DNA of 64,000 nt from Octopus sinensis (taxonomy: Eukaryota). The translations under genes were made by a program, and so were the position numbers. Below, piece by piece: positions 12,720 through 25,290 of the stretch (the stretch's first letter is position 1; every line of letters starts with the position of its first letter). The notes under the pieces are model-generated. The model had not been told where the DNA came from, made no database searches, and worked only from the letters and a program-made list of their open reading frames with translations. The stretch lies in contig NC_043023.1 in NCBI RefSeq assembly GCF_006345805.1, positions 248,001-312,000 of the forward strand, read 5' to 3'.

Positions 12720-14500
12720 TCCGGTGTGTACAAATAACACGGATGAGATTAAAGTCGTGTTGGCCGCCAGAAAATCGATTATTAAATTTGATAACAAGCT
12801 ATGGGTCCATAACGATACACCCGACAGTTTTGATGTTACGATGGGAAGTTCTGATTCAGCACAAATCACTGATTTGGTCGGTATATACATCCTTTAAGAG
12901 ATGGCTGACCAATTCCCGAACATCAATGGAGGGTTGTCTACTCTACCTTCAAAATGCCTCAAACCAAAAAATACAAAAGGTAGCTTAGTTAAATGTTTCC
13001 GAAACATGGGATTAAGCATCGTTTTTGATGATGATGTAACGAAAGCCAACTTTTTGGATAGTACCCTTAACTTGCATCATGATTCGTACTTCCCGTACAA
13101 TAAATCCTCAACTAATTTAAAACATATTTACTGTGTCAGTAATCATTCTAAGGCTATTACAAAGAATTTAGTGAGGAACATTTCACTTAGACGTTCTAGA
13201 TTATCTGCTAATGTTGACATCTTCAAACGAAGAAATTACCTGTATTAACCCTATTGGCATTAATTCTACCTTTATTAATCAGGACATGAAATCAAGTTGT
13301 AACGATATTAACAATTTTAATTTTATTTCAAATAACACAACCAAATTGAGTAATGTATTTCTACAGTGTGAGGGAGATAACCGTTAAGACCCTTTTTTTC
13401 ATTATAAAGGTACAGCGATGACTTTTAAAGATAATTACCCTAATAACAAGGTATTTCCTAGCAAAACGGTTTGGTTAATAATTCCATATGGGAAGCAGAT
13501 CAAATCTAATTTCTCTTTCCAGTTTCGTGAAGCTATAGAAAAGAATTTCCCGAGAAATTCAAGGTACTATTCGATAGCTCACACCGAATTAGGATAATTT
13601 TTCTAACACAGAAAAATCTTTCACAAATCATCTCTTTCGCATAATGAATTGTTAAAATCAAATCTACTTAACGAAAATACTAACATAAATTTCGTTAATA
13701 ACAGCTATTTTTGAATAATAATAACAGCGGGGTTACTGTTTCTAAAGTCAACTCTAATCGCATTCGGTTTCTTAGCAGTAATTCTAAGACTAAAAACTCT
13801 ATTTACCAATGTAAAATTACTTCCGGTTCTGATGTCTTTCTTTATATAGGTAGTTCTTCATCGGGAAAGCGCATGGCTCAGTGGTTAGAGCGTCGAGCTT
13901 ACGATCGTGAGATTGTGAGTTCGATTCCCGGACCGGGCTGCGTGTTGTGTTCTTGAGCAAGACACTTTAGTTCACGTTGCTCCAGTTAACTCAGCTGTAG
14001 AAATGAGTTGCGACATCACTGGTGTCAAGCTGTATCGGCCTTTGCCTTTCCCTTGGATAACACTGGTGGTGTGGAGAGGGGAGGCTGGTATGCATGGGCG
14101 ACTGCTGGTCTTCCATAAACAACCTTGTCCGGACTTGTGCCTGGGAGGGTAACTTTCTAGTTGTAATCCCATGGTCATTCATGACCGAAGAGTGTCTCCT
14201 CCTCCTCTTCCTAGTACTTCATATCAATTGTCCAAAAGAATATCTAATCATTACTCTCCATTTAGGCATATCAATAAACGTAACAATACAGGGCTTAGTA
14301 AAGTAATCTGGTATCTGAAGGATCATAATAACCAATTTAATTTGGAATGGAATATTCTCTCTATTTCTTTACCATACGACAAAGGTAAACATTTCTGCTT
14401 GCTTTGTAATATTTGTAATGTTTTATATTCTATTCTCAAAGAATCCCCTTGTAAGCACGTTTATAGAATGCGTTTATCGTTGCAAACATTGGCAACGCTC
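12720..14500 (+). mobile_element. Penelope-like retroelement remnant: RT plus C-terminal GIY-YIG endonuclease, with stops and frameshifts
   Basis: Motifs FDVTMGSSDSAQITDLVGIYIL, FLDSTLNL..YFPYNK..SNHSKAITKNL..ISLR.SRLS, KTVWLIIPYG, SIYQCKITS..YIGS, and ISNHYSPFRH..TGLSKVIWYLKD..WNIL..PYDKG..CLLC. The FDVTMGS.D motif is as I recall it from Nematis-type PLEs. Confidence 0.88.
13862..14211 (+). mobile_element. tRNA/CORE-type SINE inserted in the PLE endonuclease, with 11-bp TSD
   Basis: A box tggctcagtgg and B box gttcgattccc; flanked by tagttcttcat (13851-13861) and tagtacttcat (14212-14222). Confidence 0.85.
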
Positions 14501-14504
14501 TGAA

Positions 14505-15470
14505 ATCACCAGAACACTTGAAGTTATCCAGTAAGTTCAACAGCCCTTTGATTACAATCCCAGGAAGTCCATGGGGTCAAGTGCAAGAGATCTCCATGTA
14601 TCAGAAGGGACAGTCAGAAATTTTATCCACGAAGACATCAGATATAAGACTTATATGATAAAGAAAGGTCAATTTGTTAGAAAAAGCAAAAGAAAATCAC
14701 TACATCAGATCTAAAAGGCTCTTAAACAAACTGAAAAATCCAGCAGATTTGATTTGGTTTTTCTCAAACGAAAAAAACTCCGACCAAGATCAAAAAGTTA
14801 ACAGACGAAATTGACAGATGGTTATGTGCAGACCCTTCTGAAGTTCCAAGTGTTATGCATACAAAATTTCCTGCAACTCTCATAGAGTTAGGGGTTGTTA
14901 GCAACGAAGGACATGTGATGCCTCCTTACTTCTTTCCACAAGGCCTTAGAGTTAACCCTGTCACCCACATTGAGGTCCTGGAAACAATTGTAAAGCCCAG
15001 GGTAGTGCATGCAATGAAAGGCTATATGTGTTTCAGTAAGGCTCTGCACTATCACACATGGCTCTAGTAACACAGGAATGGATGGCTGAAAATTTTCATG
15101 ATTACATAACCCCTAACATTCGACCTCCTAATTCCCCAGATCTCAATCCATTGGAGTATTACATGTGGAGCGTTGTTGAGAGAGAGGTCAATGAACATGC
15201 CCATAACACCAAAGATCATTTGAAAGCTACCATAGTCAGGGTAATATCCAAAACGAACCAGCGACACTTGATTCGAGCATGCAGATGATTTAGATTTCAT
15301 ATAGAAGCAGTTGTTGAAGCTGAAGGTGGCTTTATTGAATAACATTATAGAAAAGAAGGTTTATTTTTATCTTCATAACACTTTTTTGATAAATAAAGTT
15401 TGTATTTGTTATTATATATCTGTTTTTTCTTTATAAGCATAAGTCTGTCCTCAAATATCTTACGCACTCC
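14505..15470 (+). mobile_element. Tc1/mariner (maT/DD37D-like) transposase pseudogene with right end
   Basis: KFPAT..LGVVSNEGHVMPPYFFPQGLRVN..., QEWMAENF..PPNSPDLNPLEYYMWSVVE..., IEAVVEAEGGFIE*; frameshifted. Confidence 0.85.
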
Positions 15471-15988
15471 AATGCAACATGTTCATCCGTCGGGGCGACG
15501 TGGACCATTTCGTCATCTCTTGAGAATGACTGATGACTTGCGCAGTGACTGTTTAAAAGTGAAGGATTGCACACTGCCAACTTCATTCTCTCGTCCATGA
15601 ACATCTTCAATCCAGTGACCAAATTAGGTCAAGGCGGCTGGAGATGACCAAGATCCCTTACTAGTTCATCTTCCTTGCAATGGGTGACCAAGATGTCCTA
15701 TTTGCCTCGTCTTGCTCCCAGCTCTACACGATCCGTAGCTGCTGCCGTCTTCCACGTTGAACCGCGGAAACTTCTTCCACGGCGTCGGCTGGATCCACTC
15801 TTCAGGAGTATAGGGTAGCAAACTCTAACGCACTAATTAACCCTAATTAGCAACCTGACAGATGATAATACTCCGGGTCAAAGGAAAGCGATGTATACAA
15901 TGTTTTTAAAGACAGTGCGTCCATAGAAAATGTTATCTCCGGAAAAAATACTGAAATAAATTTGCAGTTCACGTTATATTTACATATA

Positions 15989-16393
15989 ACAGGAGTGGCT
16001 GTGTGGTAAGTAGCTTGCTTACCAACCACATGGTTCCGGGTTCAGTCCCACTGCGTGGCACCTTGGGCAAGTGTCTTCTACTATAGCCTCGGGCTGACCA
16101 AAGCCTTGTAAGTGGATTTGGTAGACGGAAACTGAAAGAAGCACGTCGTATATATGTATATATATGCGTGTGTGTGTCTGTGTGTCTGTGTTTTTCCCCC
16201 TAGCATTGCTTGACAACCGATGCTGGTGTGTTTATGTCCCCGTTACTTTAGCGGTTCGGCAAAAGAGACCGATAGAATAAGTACTGAGCTTGCAAAAGAA
16301 TAAGTCCTGGGGTCGAGTTGCTCGACTAAAGGCGGTGCTCCAGCATGGCCACAGTCAAATGACTGAAACAAGTAAAAGAGTAAAGAGTAAAGA
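15989..16393 (+). mobile_element. SINE family A, full-length young copy
   Basis: Complete family A sequence from caggagtggctgtgtgg to aagagtaaagag. Confidence 0.92.
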
Positions 16394-16888
16394 GTATGTG
16401 CGCGAGTGGACGCGTGCGTGTGCGCCATGATGTCAGTGGAGACAGTGCCACCCTGGGACGACCTTCAGGTTCACACCACCCTTCAAAAACTCCACAATAA
16501 TATCAAGTGCCACCCGAACCTCAAAAAGTCTCCGCCTCTACTAAGTGTCTGAATGCCCACTTTAGTTTCGTCAGAGTGTGTGCAAATATATATATATATA
16601 TACACACATACATACATACACAAACACACATACGCACCCATACTCATTCACCCAGATATTATAAAATGGCGTGTTTATAATTAAACGTCAAAAGTGGATG
16701 ACGCGGTGGTGGAGGTGGTGTACCTGTGGTGGGGATGGGCCGGTAGCAGATAAAAGACCAGATGTTTCACTCTTCACGACAAAAGCAGAGAGAGAAAAAG
16801 GGTGGATACTTTTGTTAAATGGGTTTTCACATACTACCTCCATTCCCTATCTATCATTCATACATGTATATACATAAGCGCACACACA

Positions 16889-16937
<49 letters not shown>

Positions 16938-16964
16938 GTAAATATATAGGTACATATACGTATA

Positions 16965-17215
16965 TGCATATATGTATATATACGTAGATATATTAACATA
17001 TATGTACATGTACATATATGTATATATATATATTCATACGTATATACATATATGTATATATACGTAGATATATTAACATATATGTACATGTACATATATG
17101 TATATATATATATATTCATATATACATATATGTATATATACGTAGATATATTAACATATATGTACATGTACATATATGTATATATATATATATTCATATA
17201 TACATATATATTTGT
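16965..17215. repeat. ~80-bp higher-order repeat x3 within a TA-rich tract
   Basis: tacgtagatatattaacatatatgtacatgtacatatatg recurs at about 16981, 17061 and 17139. Confidence 0.85.
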
Positions 17216-17286
17216 ATATATATATATTCATATATACATATATATTTGTATATATATATATATGTATATATATTTATATATTTGTG

Positions 17287-17328
<42 letters not shown>

Positions 17329-17719
17329 CATATATATATACAACATATATATTTGTATATATTATATATATTCTAGCATAGTTTTTCCTTGGGGCTGGCG
17401 GGATTGGAACAATCTCGAGTATAACCAGCCGAAACTGCAACGGTAATCTGGAACTCGACTGAGGATAGAAAACTCCGAATGACCCGTCCTTGTTTCCTTT
17501 GTATCGTCTATCTGGATGTTTTGTTGTCTCTTTCTTGTATCACCTAACTGTCTGGATGTTTTGCGTTCTTGTCCCATTTTGTATTTATATATATATTTTA
17601 TATATACATATATCAGTATATACATCCACACAATATATACACACACACACGTGTTTGCGTCCCAAAAATATATACACACTTTAACAGCTGATAATTCGCT
17701 TAATTTTGATTTGTTTTAG

Positions 17720-17935
17720 AAATAAGGAAGGGAACCAGACTAAGCATTGAACAATGGAAATTTTTCCTGAAGTGCTTCTGGAAGCTTGAAAAGGCAGTCA
17801 AAGCGTGAAGATAGAATAGGATGGAGTTTGAAAGAGAATCGCTTACGTGGCTTGCTATGAATCGAATCAGAGATAAGTTTGAAATACACGGAATCGTTCA
17901 GAACGTTCCAAAAGAAAGAGTACCGGTCATCTTGC
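17720..17935 (+). mobile_element. N-terminal HTH (DUF4817-like) fragment of a Tc1/mariner transposase
   Basis: + frame reads RLSIEQWKFFLKCFWKLEKAVKA*R*NRMEFERESLTWLAMNRIRDKFEIHGIVQNVPK, resembling 'LTFEQRKFILKCYWK...IARIRDKFETHGTV'. Confidence 0.7.
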
Positions 17936-18042
17936 AATGTTTTTCACTGGAACCTAATATGGCGACCAAGAGGTGGCAAAGGTTCTGTTGAAACTTCCGT
18001 CACTTCAATCCAATGACACATAGATATCTGACTCTCGTTTCT

Positions 18043-18462
18043 TTTCTTACTCTTTTACACTTTTACTTGTTTCAGTCATTTTGACTGTGGCCATGCTGGA
18101 GCACCGCCTTTAATCGAGCAACTCGACCCCGGGACGTATTCTTTTGTAAGTCCAGTACTTATTCTATCGGTCTCTTTTGCCGAACCGCTAAGTAACGGGG
18201 ACATAAACACACCAGCATCGGTTGTCAAGCAATGCTAGGGGGACAAACACAGACACAGAAACACACACACGCATATATATATATATATATATACATATAT
18301 ACGACGGGCTTCTTTCGGTTTCCGTCTACCAAATCCACTCACAAGGCGTTGATCGGCCCGAGGCTATAGTAGAAGACACTTGCCCAAGGTGCCACGCAGT
18401 GGGACTGAACCCGGAACCATGTGGTTGGTTAACAAGCTACTTACCACACAGCCACTCCTGCA
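18043..18462 (-). mobile_element. SINE family A, full-length young copy
   Basis: Reverse complement of the 15989-16393 copy at high similarity. Confidence 0.92.
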
Positions 18463-18832
18463 CCACTTCTTGATCCGTTTTTTTTATTTTATAAAGTCCT
18501 ACGGCGAGGGATGCGTCACGACGGGTGCAGTCAACATCATGTATGCCTGCATGTATGCATGTGTGTATGTACGTAGGTCAGTAGATAGACGGATAGGCGT
18601 AAAATTTACACCGTTCAGAACATGCAGCTTTGGTTAAAAATTGTATAGATGTACACTATAATAAATTGTAAGCATGTATTACATATATGCGCTCATATAT
18701 TTGTTATAATTGGGGATGGCCATATTTTGTCAAATAACGACAAAGTGGAATGAGCAGAACAAGAGGAGGGCACAGAATGTGTGACGAAGGAACTTTGACA
18801 AAAAGACTAAAATAATTTAATAACACTATATG

Positions 18833-18881
<49 letters not shown>

Positions 18882-18884
18882 ATC

Positions 18885-19236
18885 TTATTTGTTTTAGTAA
18901 TTTGACGGCGGCCATGCTGGAGCACCGCGTTTAGTCGAACAAACCGTCGTAAGTTACGGGGGCGTAAAAACACCAGCATCGGTTGTCAAGCGATGGTGTG
19001 GGGAACAAACACACACACATAATATATATATATATATATAATATATATATATATAATATATATATATATACACACGACAGGTTTCTTTTACCTTCTGTCT
19101 ACCAAATCCACTCACAAGGATTTGGTCGGCCCGAGGCTATAGTAGAATACACTTGCCAAGATGCTATGCAGTAGGACTGAACTCGGGACCATGTGGTTGG
19201 TAAGCAAGCTGCTTACCACACACCCACTCCTGCACC

Positions 19237-19237
<1 letters not shown>
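18885..19237 (-). mobile_element. SINE family A, internally deleted
   Basis: Family A blocks on the minus strand. Confidence 0.8.
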
Positions 19238-19276
<39 letters not shown>

Positions 19277-20134
19277 TTATATTTATTATATTGTATTATA
19301 GTATTTTACTTGTAGGTGTATGTGTGTGTGTATTTTTGTGCATAGATACACACACACACACACACTCGCCCCTTATAAGAGGGAAACTAAGCAAGCGGAG
19401 AACTTAGCCGGAGCTCCTTGGCAGACACCAGGCAAATTTGCGGGGATATGACTGGGGGACAGGTACTGAAGTCCCACCCCAACGCCCACCTCGTGAACGG
19501 TCTTACGTTTTCACGGATTTACAGTATCACAGTTCATCGTATACAATGTGCTTTGTAGCGGGTAGAAGGCAGGGTACAGAGTGCAAAGCTTTGTCCACCC
19601 CTCTCTCTCCGTCTCCTCTCCTACCTTGGTTGGATCGGGTGAAAAGAGGGTGAGATGAATGAAATAAGGGTACGTATTATACCGATAGCTACCGCCTGGA
19701 TTCCAATATAAAAAGTTACTCCCCCTACTAATCTCCACCCACTGCCTCACCCACCCTCTCCCATTCCCTAACACTTTACATACTTTGGTACTTGGCGCCA
19801 GATTCGTGACACTTCGCACCTCTCACTTGCATTGTCTTTGCCAGTATTATAATTATCAAGTAACCCCACCCACCATTTCAAACCTACCCCACCCCACTAC
19901 ACCATGAAAAAGAAAATTCTTTTTTTTTCTTTTTTTTTTTTTACTTATAGATATATTACTTTCTTTTTACGCATCCTTAGAATTGGGTATATTTTGACAG
20001 TAAGAAGAAACTTAATAAAAATGGGTCGGCTAAAGGAAGCCGTGGAGCGAATTAAATTGGACCCTTGTAACGAGGAATATTTTCCAGAAGAACGGAATCC
20101 CATAACATAGTCTTCGAAAAGTGGCAAAGCTGAT

Positions 20135-20752
20135 AATAATAATTTTAAATTTTGGCACAAGACCAGCAAATTCAGCGGGGTGGTAAGTCGATTTCATCGA
20201 TCCCAGTCTTCAACTGGTACCTATTCTATCGACCCCGAAAGAATGAAATGTAAGGTCGACCTCGGCGAAATTTGAACTCAGAACATAAAAGAGCGACGAA
20301 ATATCGCTAAACAATTTTGCCCCGCATGTTAACGATTCTGCCAGCTCACCGCTTTTAAGAATTTTAGCACAAAGACAATAATTCTAAAGGTGGGGTGGGG
20401 GGTTTCATCGTCATCGTTAATCCCCAGTACTTTACTGGTACTTTATTTTATCGACCCCAGGAGGACCAAAGGCAATCCTAACCAGGCAGGAATTGGATGT
20501 AGAACGCAAAACACCGAAACAAAAACAGCAATAATAATCCTTTCTACAAAAGACACAAGGCCTGAAATTTGGAGGACGGGACTAGTCGAGCATATCTACC
20601 CCAGTGCGTAACTGGTACTTACTTTATCGACCCCGAAAGGATGAAAGGAAAAGTCGACCTCGGCGGAATTTGAACTCAGAACGTAACGGCAGACGAAGTG
20701 CTGCTATGCATTTCGCCCGGCGTGCTAACGATTCTGCCAACTCTCTGCCTTA
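20135..20752 (-). mobile_element. Head-to-tail cluster of three MetaSINE-like family C copies
   Basis: actggtac..tatcgacccc recurs at about 20213, 20434 and 20611. Confidence 0.8.
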
Positions 20753-20789
20753 CAGCAAAACAATAATGGCGTTAATTTGTGTTTGTGTT

Positions 20790-21082
20790 TACGACGACGA
20801 GGGTTCCAGTTGATCCGATCAACGGAACAGCCTGCTCGTGAAATTAGCATGCAAAGTGGCTGAGCACTCCACAGACACGTAGTTCTCAGGGAGATTCATC
20901 ATGATACAGAATGAGACAAGGCTGACCCTTTAAAATACAGGTACAACTCATTTTTGCTAGCTGAATGAACTGGAGCAACGTGAAATAAAGTGTCTTGCTC
21001 AAGGACATAACTCGCCGCTGGAATCGAACTCAAGACCTAAAAATCGTGAACCGAATACTCCTAAACACTAAACCACCCGCCT
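20790..21082 (-). mobile_element. SINE family E, near full-length
   Basis: Same blocks as 34570-34880, reverse-complemented. Confidence 0.85.
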
Positions 21083-21454
21083 TCACACACTGTACATGTG
21101 TATCAATTTAAGTACAAGCTTGTTTATCTTTGCATCTTGTTGTATTCCATCTAACTGTATATCCATCTGCCTCTCTTTACGTCTACCTATACAATATATA
21201 TTAGAATGTTTATCTAGTTTTATAGCCGTCACATGACACATCTGTATCATTACACATATACACAAGGATGCCACCATTGGCTACAATACGATGATAAATA
21301 TTTATCGAAATTACAGGAAGTTAGATTACATCAGATGTTCATAAAAAGTAAATAATTATCAACGTGTTTGTGTGAATGGGTGGGCGGGGTTGCACATATG
21401 CACATGTGTTCTATCTGTCTGTCTGTCTGCCCCTCTGCTTGTCTGTCTACTTAT

Positions 21455-21742
21455 ATATTGTTACACTTGCGGATATATCATATTTTACCAATTAAACACA
21501 CGCACTGTATAATTGGTCTTCACTTCAGCTTTATTATAATTATTATTATTTTAGTTTTTGTCAAAGCTCTTTCGTCACTCATTCTGTGACCTCTTTAACG
21601 ACTCCCTATGCCACAGAGTGTGACGAAAGACCTTTGATAAAGAAACTAAAATAATAATAATCTTAAAACTAAAATGAAGAACCAAATATACAGTGCGTGT
21701 GTTTCATTGGCAAAAATATGGCCATTCTCAAATATAGCAACA
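21455..21742. mobile_element. Foldback/palindromic MITE-like element
   Basis: Arms catattttaccaattaaacacacgcactgtata...ctttcgtcac and gtgacgaaag...tatacagtgcgtgtgtttcattggcaaaaatatg are reverse complements; ~25-nt loop. Confidence 0.8.
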
Positions 21743-22244
21743 TCCGGTTCAATGCAAGAATCTTACGAAACAAATACATGAATATGTGTGTAGGGGGGGG
21801 GGTAAAGCACAAGCATGAGTATGGGATTAAGAATTTCGCTTTGTAAACTCTGTGGCTGGGTCCCACTGTACCAAGCGCAAGAGTCTCGATCTATAACCCC
21901 TGACCGGCCAGGCCTTGTGAGTAGACGGTAGCTTGAAGAAGCCCGTCGTGTGTATGTGTGTGTATGTGTGAGTATGCATGTGTGAATGTGTGTGTTTGTG
22001 TCCCTATCGTTTGATATCATGTCACTGTGAACGAATGTCATTCATTCCCAAACAGGGAAATATTACCTTGTTTGGAAACAGGTAAAGTTGGTGACGTTAA
22101 AACGATGGTGTATACATATATGTGCGTCTGGGTTGGTGTATACACAATGTAAAGCCTAAAAACAGTAGATGGAACAACAGGGAAACAACGAAGTATGACG
22201 AACATTGTTTAACGCTTGAGAAGTTGGGAAAAGATGTGAAGTAA

Positions 22245-22279
22245 CTCGACGTTTCGGATATTAGTCCATCATCAGAAAG
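22245..22279 (-). ncRNA. Minimal type-I hammerhead motif
   Basis: Minus strand: cTTT-CTGATGA-T-GGA-ctaata-TCC-GAAAC-GTC-GAG; canonical core, palindromic ACGT stem III, weak stem I. Confidence 0.55.
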
Positions 22280-22589
22280 AAAAGAATAAGCAGAGGGGGG
22301 GAAGAGAGACAGAGGGAGGGAGAGGTAGAGGGAGACAAAAAGAGAGAGAGAGAGTGAGGAACACTGAAATGTTAAAAACTCAAAGGAAATAAATCACAAA
22401 ATTAAGAAGTGTGAAAATTGAGAAAATTATTGATTGAGAAAAGGATGCAGGAAAGGGGTTAAACCAGAGCGAAACGATGTTCTATGGAGAAGCAAAGAAG
22501 GCAGAAGGAACGGGTGTGTACATGGAGGTGTCTGATTATTTTGTGTGGATAGAAATGGGTAGAAAGTGGAATGGTGTAGTGTGTGTATC

Positions 22590-22975
22590 CTTTTTTACTT
22601 TTATCTTTTACTGGCTTCAGTCATTAGAATGCGACCATGCTAGGTCATCGCCTGGCAGAACATTTAGTCTGTCTAATCGAACCCACTAATTATTAGATTT
22701 TAAAGCCTTCACCGCTAATTTACGGGGACGTAAACACACCAACACCAGTTCTCAAGCGATGGTGAGGTAGAAACACACACACACACACACACAAATACAC
22801 ACATCACACACGCATATGACAGGCTTCTTTTAGTTTCCATGTACCAAATCCATTCACAAAGCATTGGTCAGTCAGAGGCTATAGTAGAGGACACTTGCTC
22901 AAGGTGTCATGCAGTGGGACTGAACCCAGAATCATATGTTTGGGAAGCAAGCATCTTATTACACAAACACATCTG
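22590..22975 (-). mobile_element. SINE family A, diverged
   Basis: Family A blocks on the minus strand. Confidence 0.75.
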
Positions 22976-22979
22976 CACC

Positions 22980-23119
22980 ATATCTATCTATCTATTTATC
23001 TTTATCTATCTATCTATCTATCTATCTATGTCTATCTATCTATGTCTATCTATCTATGTATATCTATCTATCTATCTATCTGTCTCTCTATCTTTATCTA
23101 TCTATCTATCTCTCTATCT

Positions 23120-23189
<70 letters not shown>

Positions 23190-23220
23190 TTATCTATCTG
23201 TCTATCTATCTATCTATACA
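22980..23220. repeat. (TATC)n/(TGTC)n microsatellite
   Basis: Direct inspection. Confidence 0.95.
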
Positions 23221-24011
23221 TACATACTTATATATGTGTGTATGTATGGATATGTGTATATGAACTCGTATTTCTATGTATGTGTAGATATTTATACAGA
23301 GAGAGAGAAGAGAGAGAGAGAGAAACACAAGTTCATATACACAAATCCATATACACATACATGTATATATGTGCTTCCGCATGAGCACACATACACACAC
23401 ACACAAGCGTGCAAAGTATTTTCAGTACGGAAGCACAAACCTTATAGCCCAAGGCATTGTTGGATCCCATACCTCTACACAACACACCCTCCCCCAACCC
23501 CCACCACCACCACCACAAAAGAATATTGCAACGATCCGTTCGTGTATCCATAACAAAGGTATTCATAACTAATAATGCCGTGGGTATCGGGGTGGAAAAA
23601 GGGTACTTCCAGGGGTGTCGGGAACGGCGGGGCTGGACGTGGGAATAATGGAGAGGCGAACAAAAGAGACAAAACATTCGCATTACACTGGCACAACAAC
23701 AATACACACAAAACAATGTATATATATATGTATATACAGAACAATGTATACACATAAAACCAGAACGTTCAGTCATTTTGGATAAAAAGGCCAGCGTTAC
23801 ATTGAGTACATTTTCTATTATGGGTTTGAGAGAGAGAGAGAGAGAGAGAGAGGGGGAGAGGGAGAGAGAGAGGGAGAGAGAGAGAGAGGGTGTGTGTGTG
23901 TGTAAACATACATATATAGATAAATGCGATTGTGAGTGTGTGTAACTATGTGTACATGTATGTATGCCTATATAGGTATACACGCACATGGTGTGTGTAT
24001 GTGTGTGCATA

Positions 24012-24379
24012 TCTCTCTCTATATAAAGCTGAAATTGTCTGTGTATGGCAGGTTTGGTAGCCTTCAACTAACACTATCTCCTCCGAGACCCTGTGGCGCA
24101 AGTTGACCAAACTTGAGAGTAAGATAGAAGAAGGCTTGCTCTTCCAAAATTCAAATTGGACCATGATAACACCAAAAATTATTTACATCAAAAAAGTGCT
24201 TTTTTTCTATGAAAATCCCTATTTTTTACGATTGTCGCCATTTTTCGGTGTATTTCAACCAGAAAATGTTCACTTAAAGAGAATAAGAAGCTACATAATA
24301 ATGCAAAATTTTTACTTTTCAAAAATTCCAATTATAAAGGGTCGAGACAAACCCGAGCAACGCCGGGCGATGCTGCTAG
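24012..24379 (+). mobile_element. Non-autonomous Helitron
   Basis: 5' A|TCTCTC..TATATAAAG, 3' hairpin cccgagcaacgccggg followed by CTAG|T; no TSD. Confidence 0.8.
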
Positions 24380-24469
24380 TATATATATATGTGTGTGTGA
24401 GAGAGCGCGCGCGAGAGAGAGAAAGTGTATGTGCGCGCAACACTAACATCTACTCTATACATTAAATAG

Positions 24470-25290
24470 TTTATTCCTAGATATACCATGTCTGAATAGA
24501 TTATGGGTTGGTCACAGCTGGAACGTCTCTGATCATAAGTAGGTGTAATGGATGAGTACTGGGTAAATGTATCCCAACTTTGACCGTCCCATCTTGGATT
24601 CAGACATAGTGTATCTAGGACTACATTATCCAATGTACAGTACAGTAGTTAGTATTAGTGGCTATAGTTGTTGTTTAGCCCCAGGTCAGTCCTAATCCAG
24701 CAAACCAATGATCAAAGATATTCCAGCTGTGACCATCCCGTCTTCCATTCAGACAATGTATCTAGGACTACATTATCTGATGTACAGCATAGTAGTTCTT
24801 TGTTTAGCCCCAGGTCAGACCTGATCCAGTAGATTTATGATCAAAGACGTTCAAACTGTGACTAGGCTTAGTGTATCTAGGACTACATTATCTGATGTAT
24901 TGTGTAGTAGTTAGGCTGTGGTTCTGGTTGCTTAGCGCCAGATCATTCCCAGTCCGGTCGACCTATGATCAAAGATGTTCCAGCTGTGACCATCCCATCT
25001 TTTATTCAGGCATAGTGTATCTAGGACTACATTATCTAATGTAAAGTAGTGACTATAGCTACCGTTCTGTTTACTCCCAAATGTATTGGAAATAGGAAAA
25101 AAAAAAAAGAATAGAGATCCACTATCAAAGATGTTCTATCTCTGATCATTCCACCCTCCACCCACACTGGGTATCCCAGGGTACACTATCCAATTGTGTC
25201 CTTCGTTGCTTTCAAGTCTGAGACAGTAAATTGCCACTTCTGTGACATCTGACTGCTGTTTCTGTCGATCAGGTCAGGTCACGTGACCTC
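24470..25290 (+). repeat. Family D ~130-bp tandem array (about 5 units, preceded by one inverted partial unit)
   Basis: Unit tgtttagccccaggtcag..ctatgatcaaagatgttccagctgtgaccatccc..gtgtatctaggactacattatc; inverted piece at 24470-24545. Confidence 0.85.

Noticed and set aside
13864-13940. tRNA-like sequence (also the heads of SINE families A and C)
   Set aside because: A/B boxes run straight into SINE bodies with no proper acceptor stem or terminator; SINE heads rather than tRNA genes.
17740-17937. Minus-strand 65-aa ORF resembling a terminal exon
   Set aside because: It is the antisense of a recognisable Tc1/mariner transposase N-terminus.
24570-25200. Possible twister or hammerhead ribozyme in the family D unit
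   Set aside because: Only partial resemblance (taatgtag..ggtcacagc); the required pairings and CTGANGA/GAAA cores are absent.
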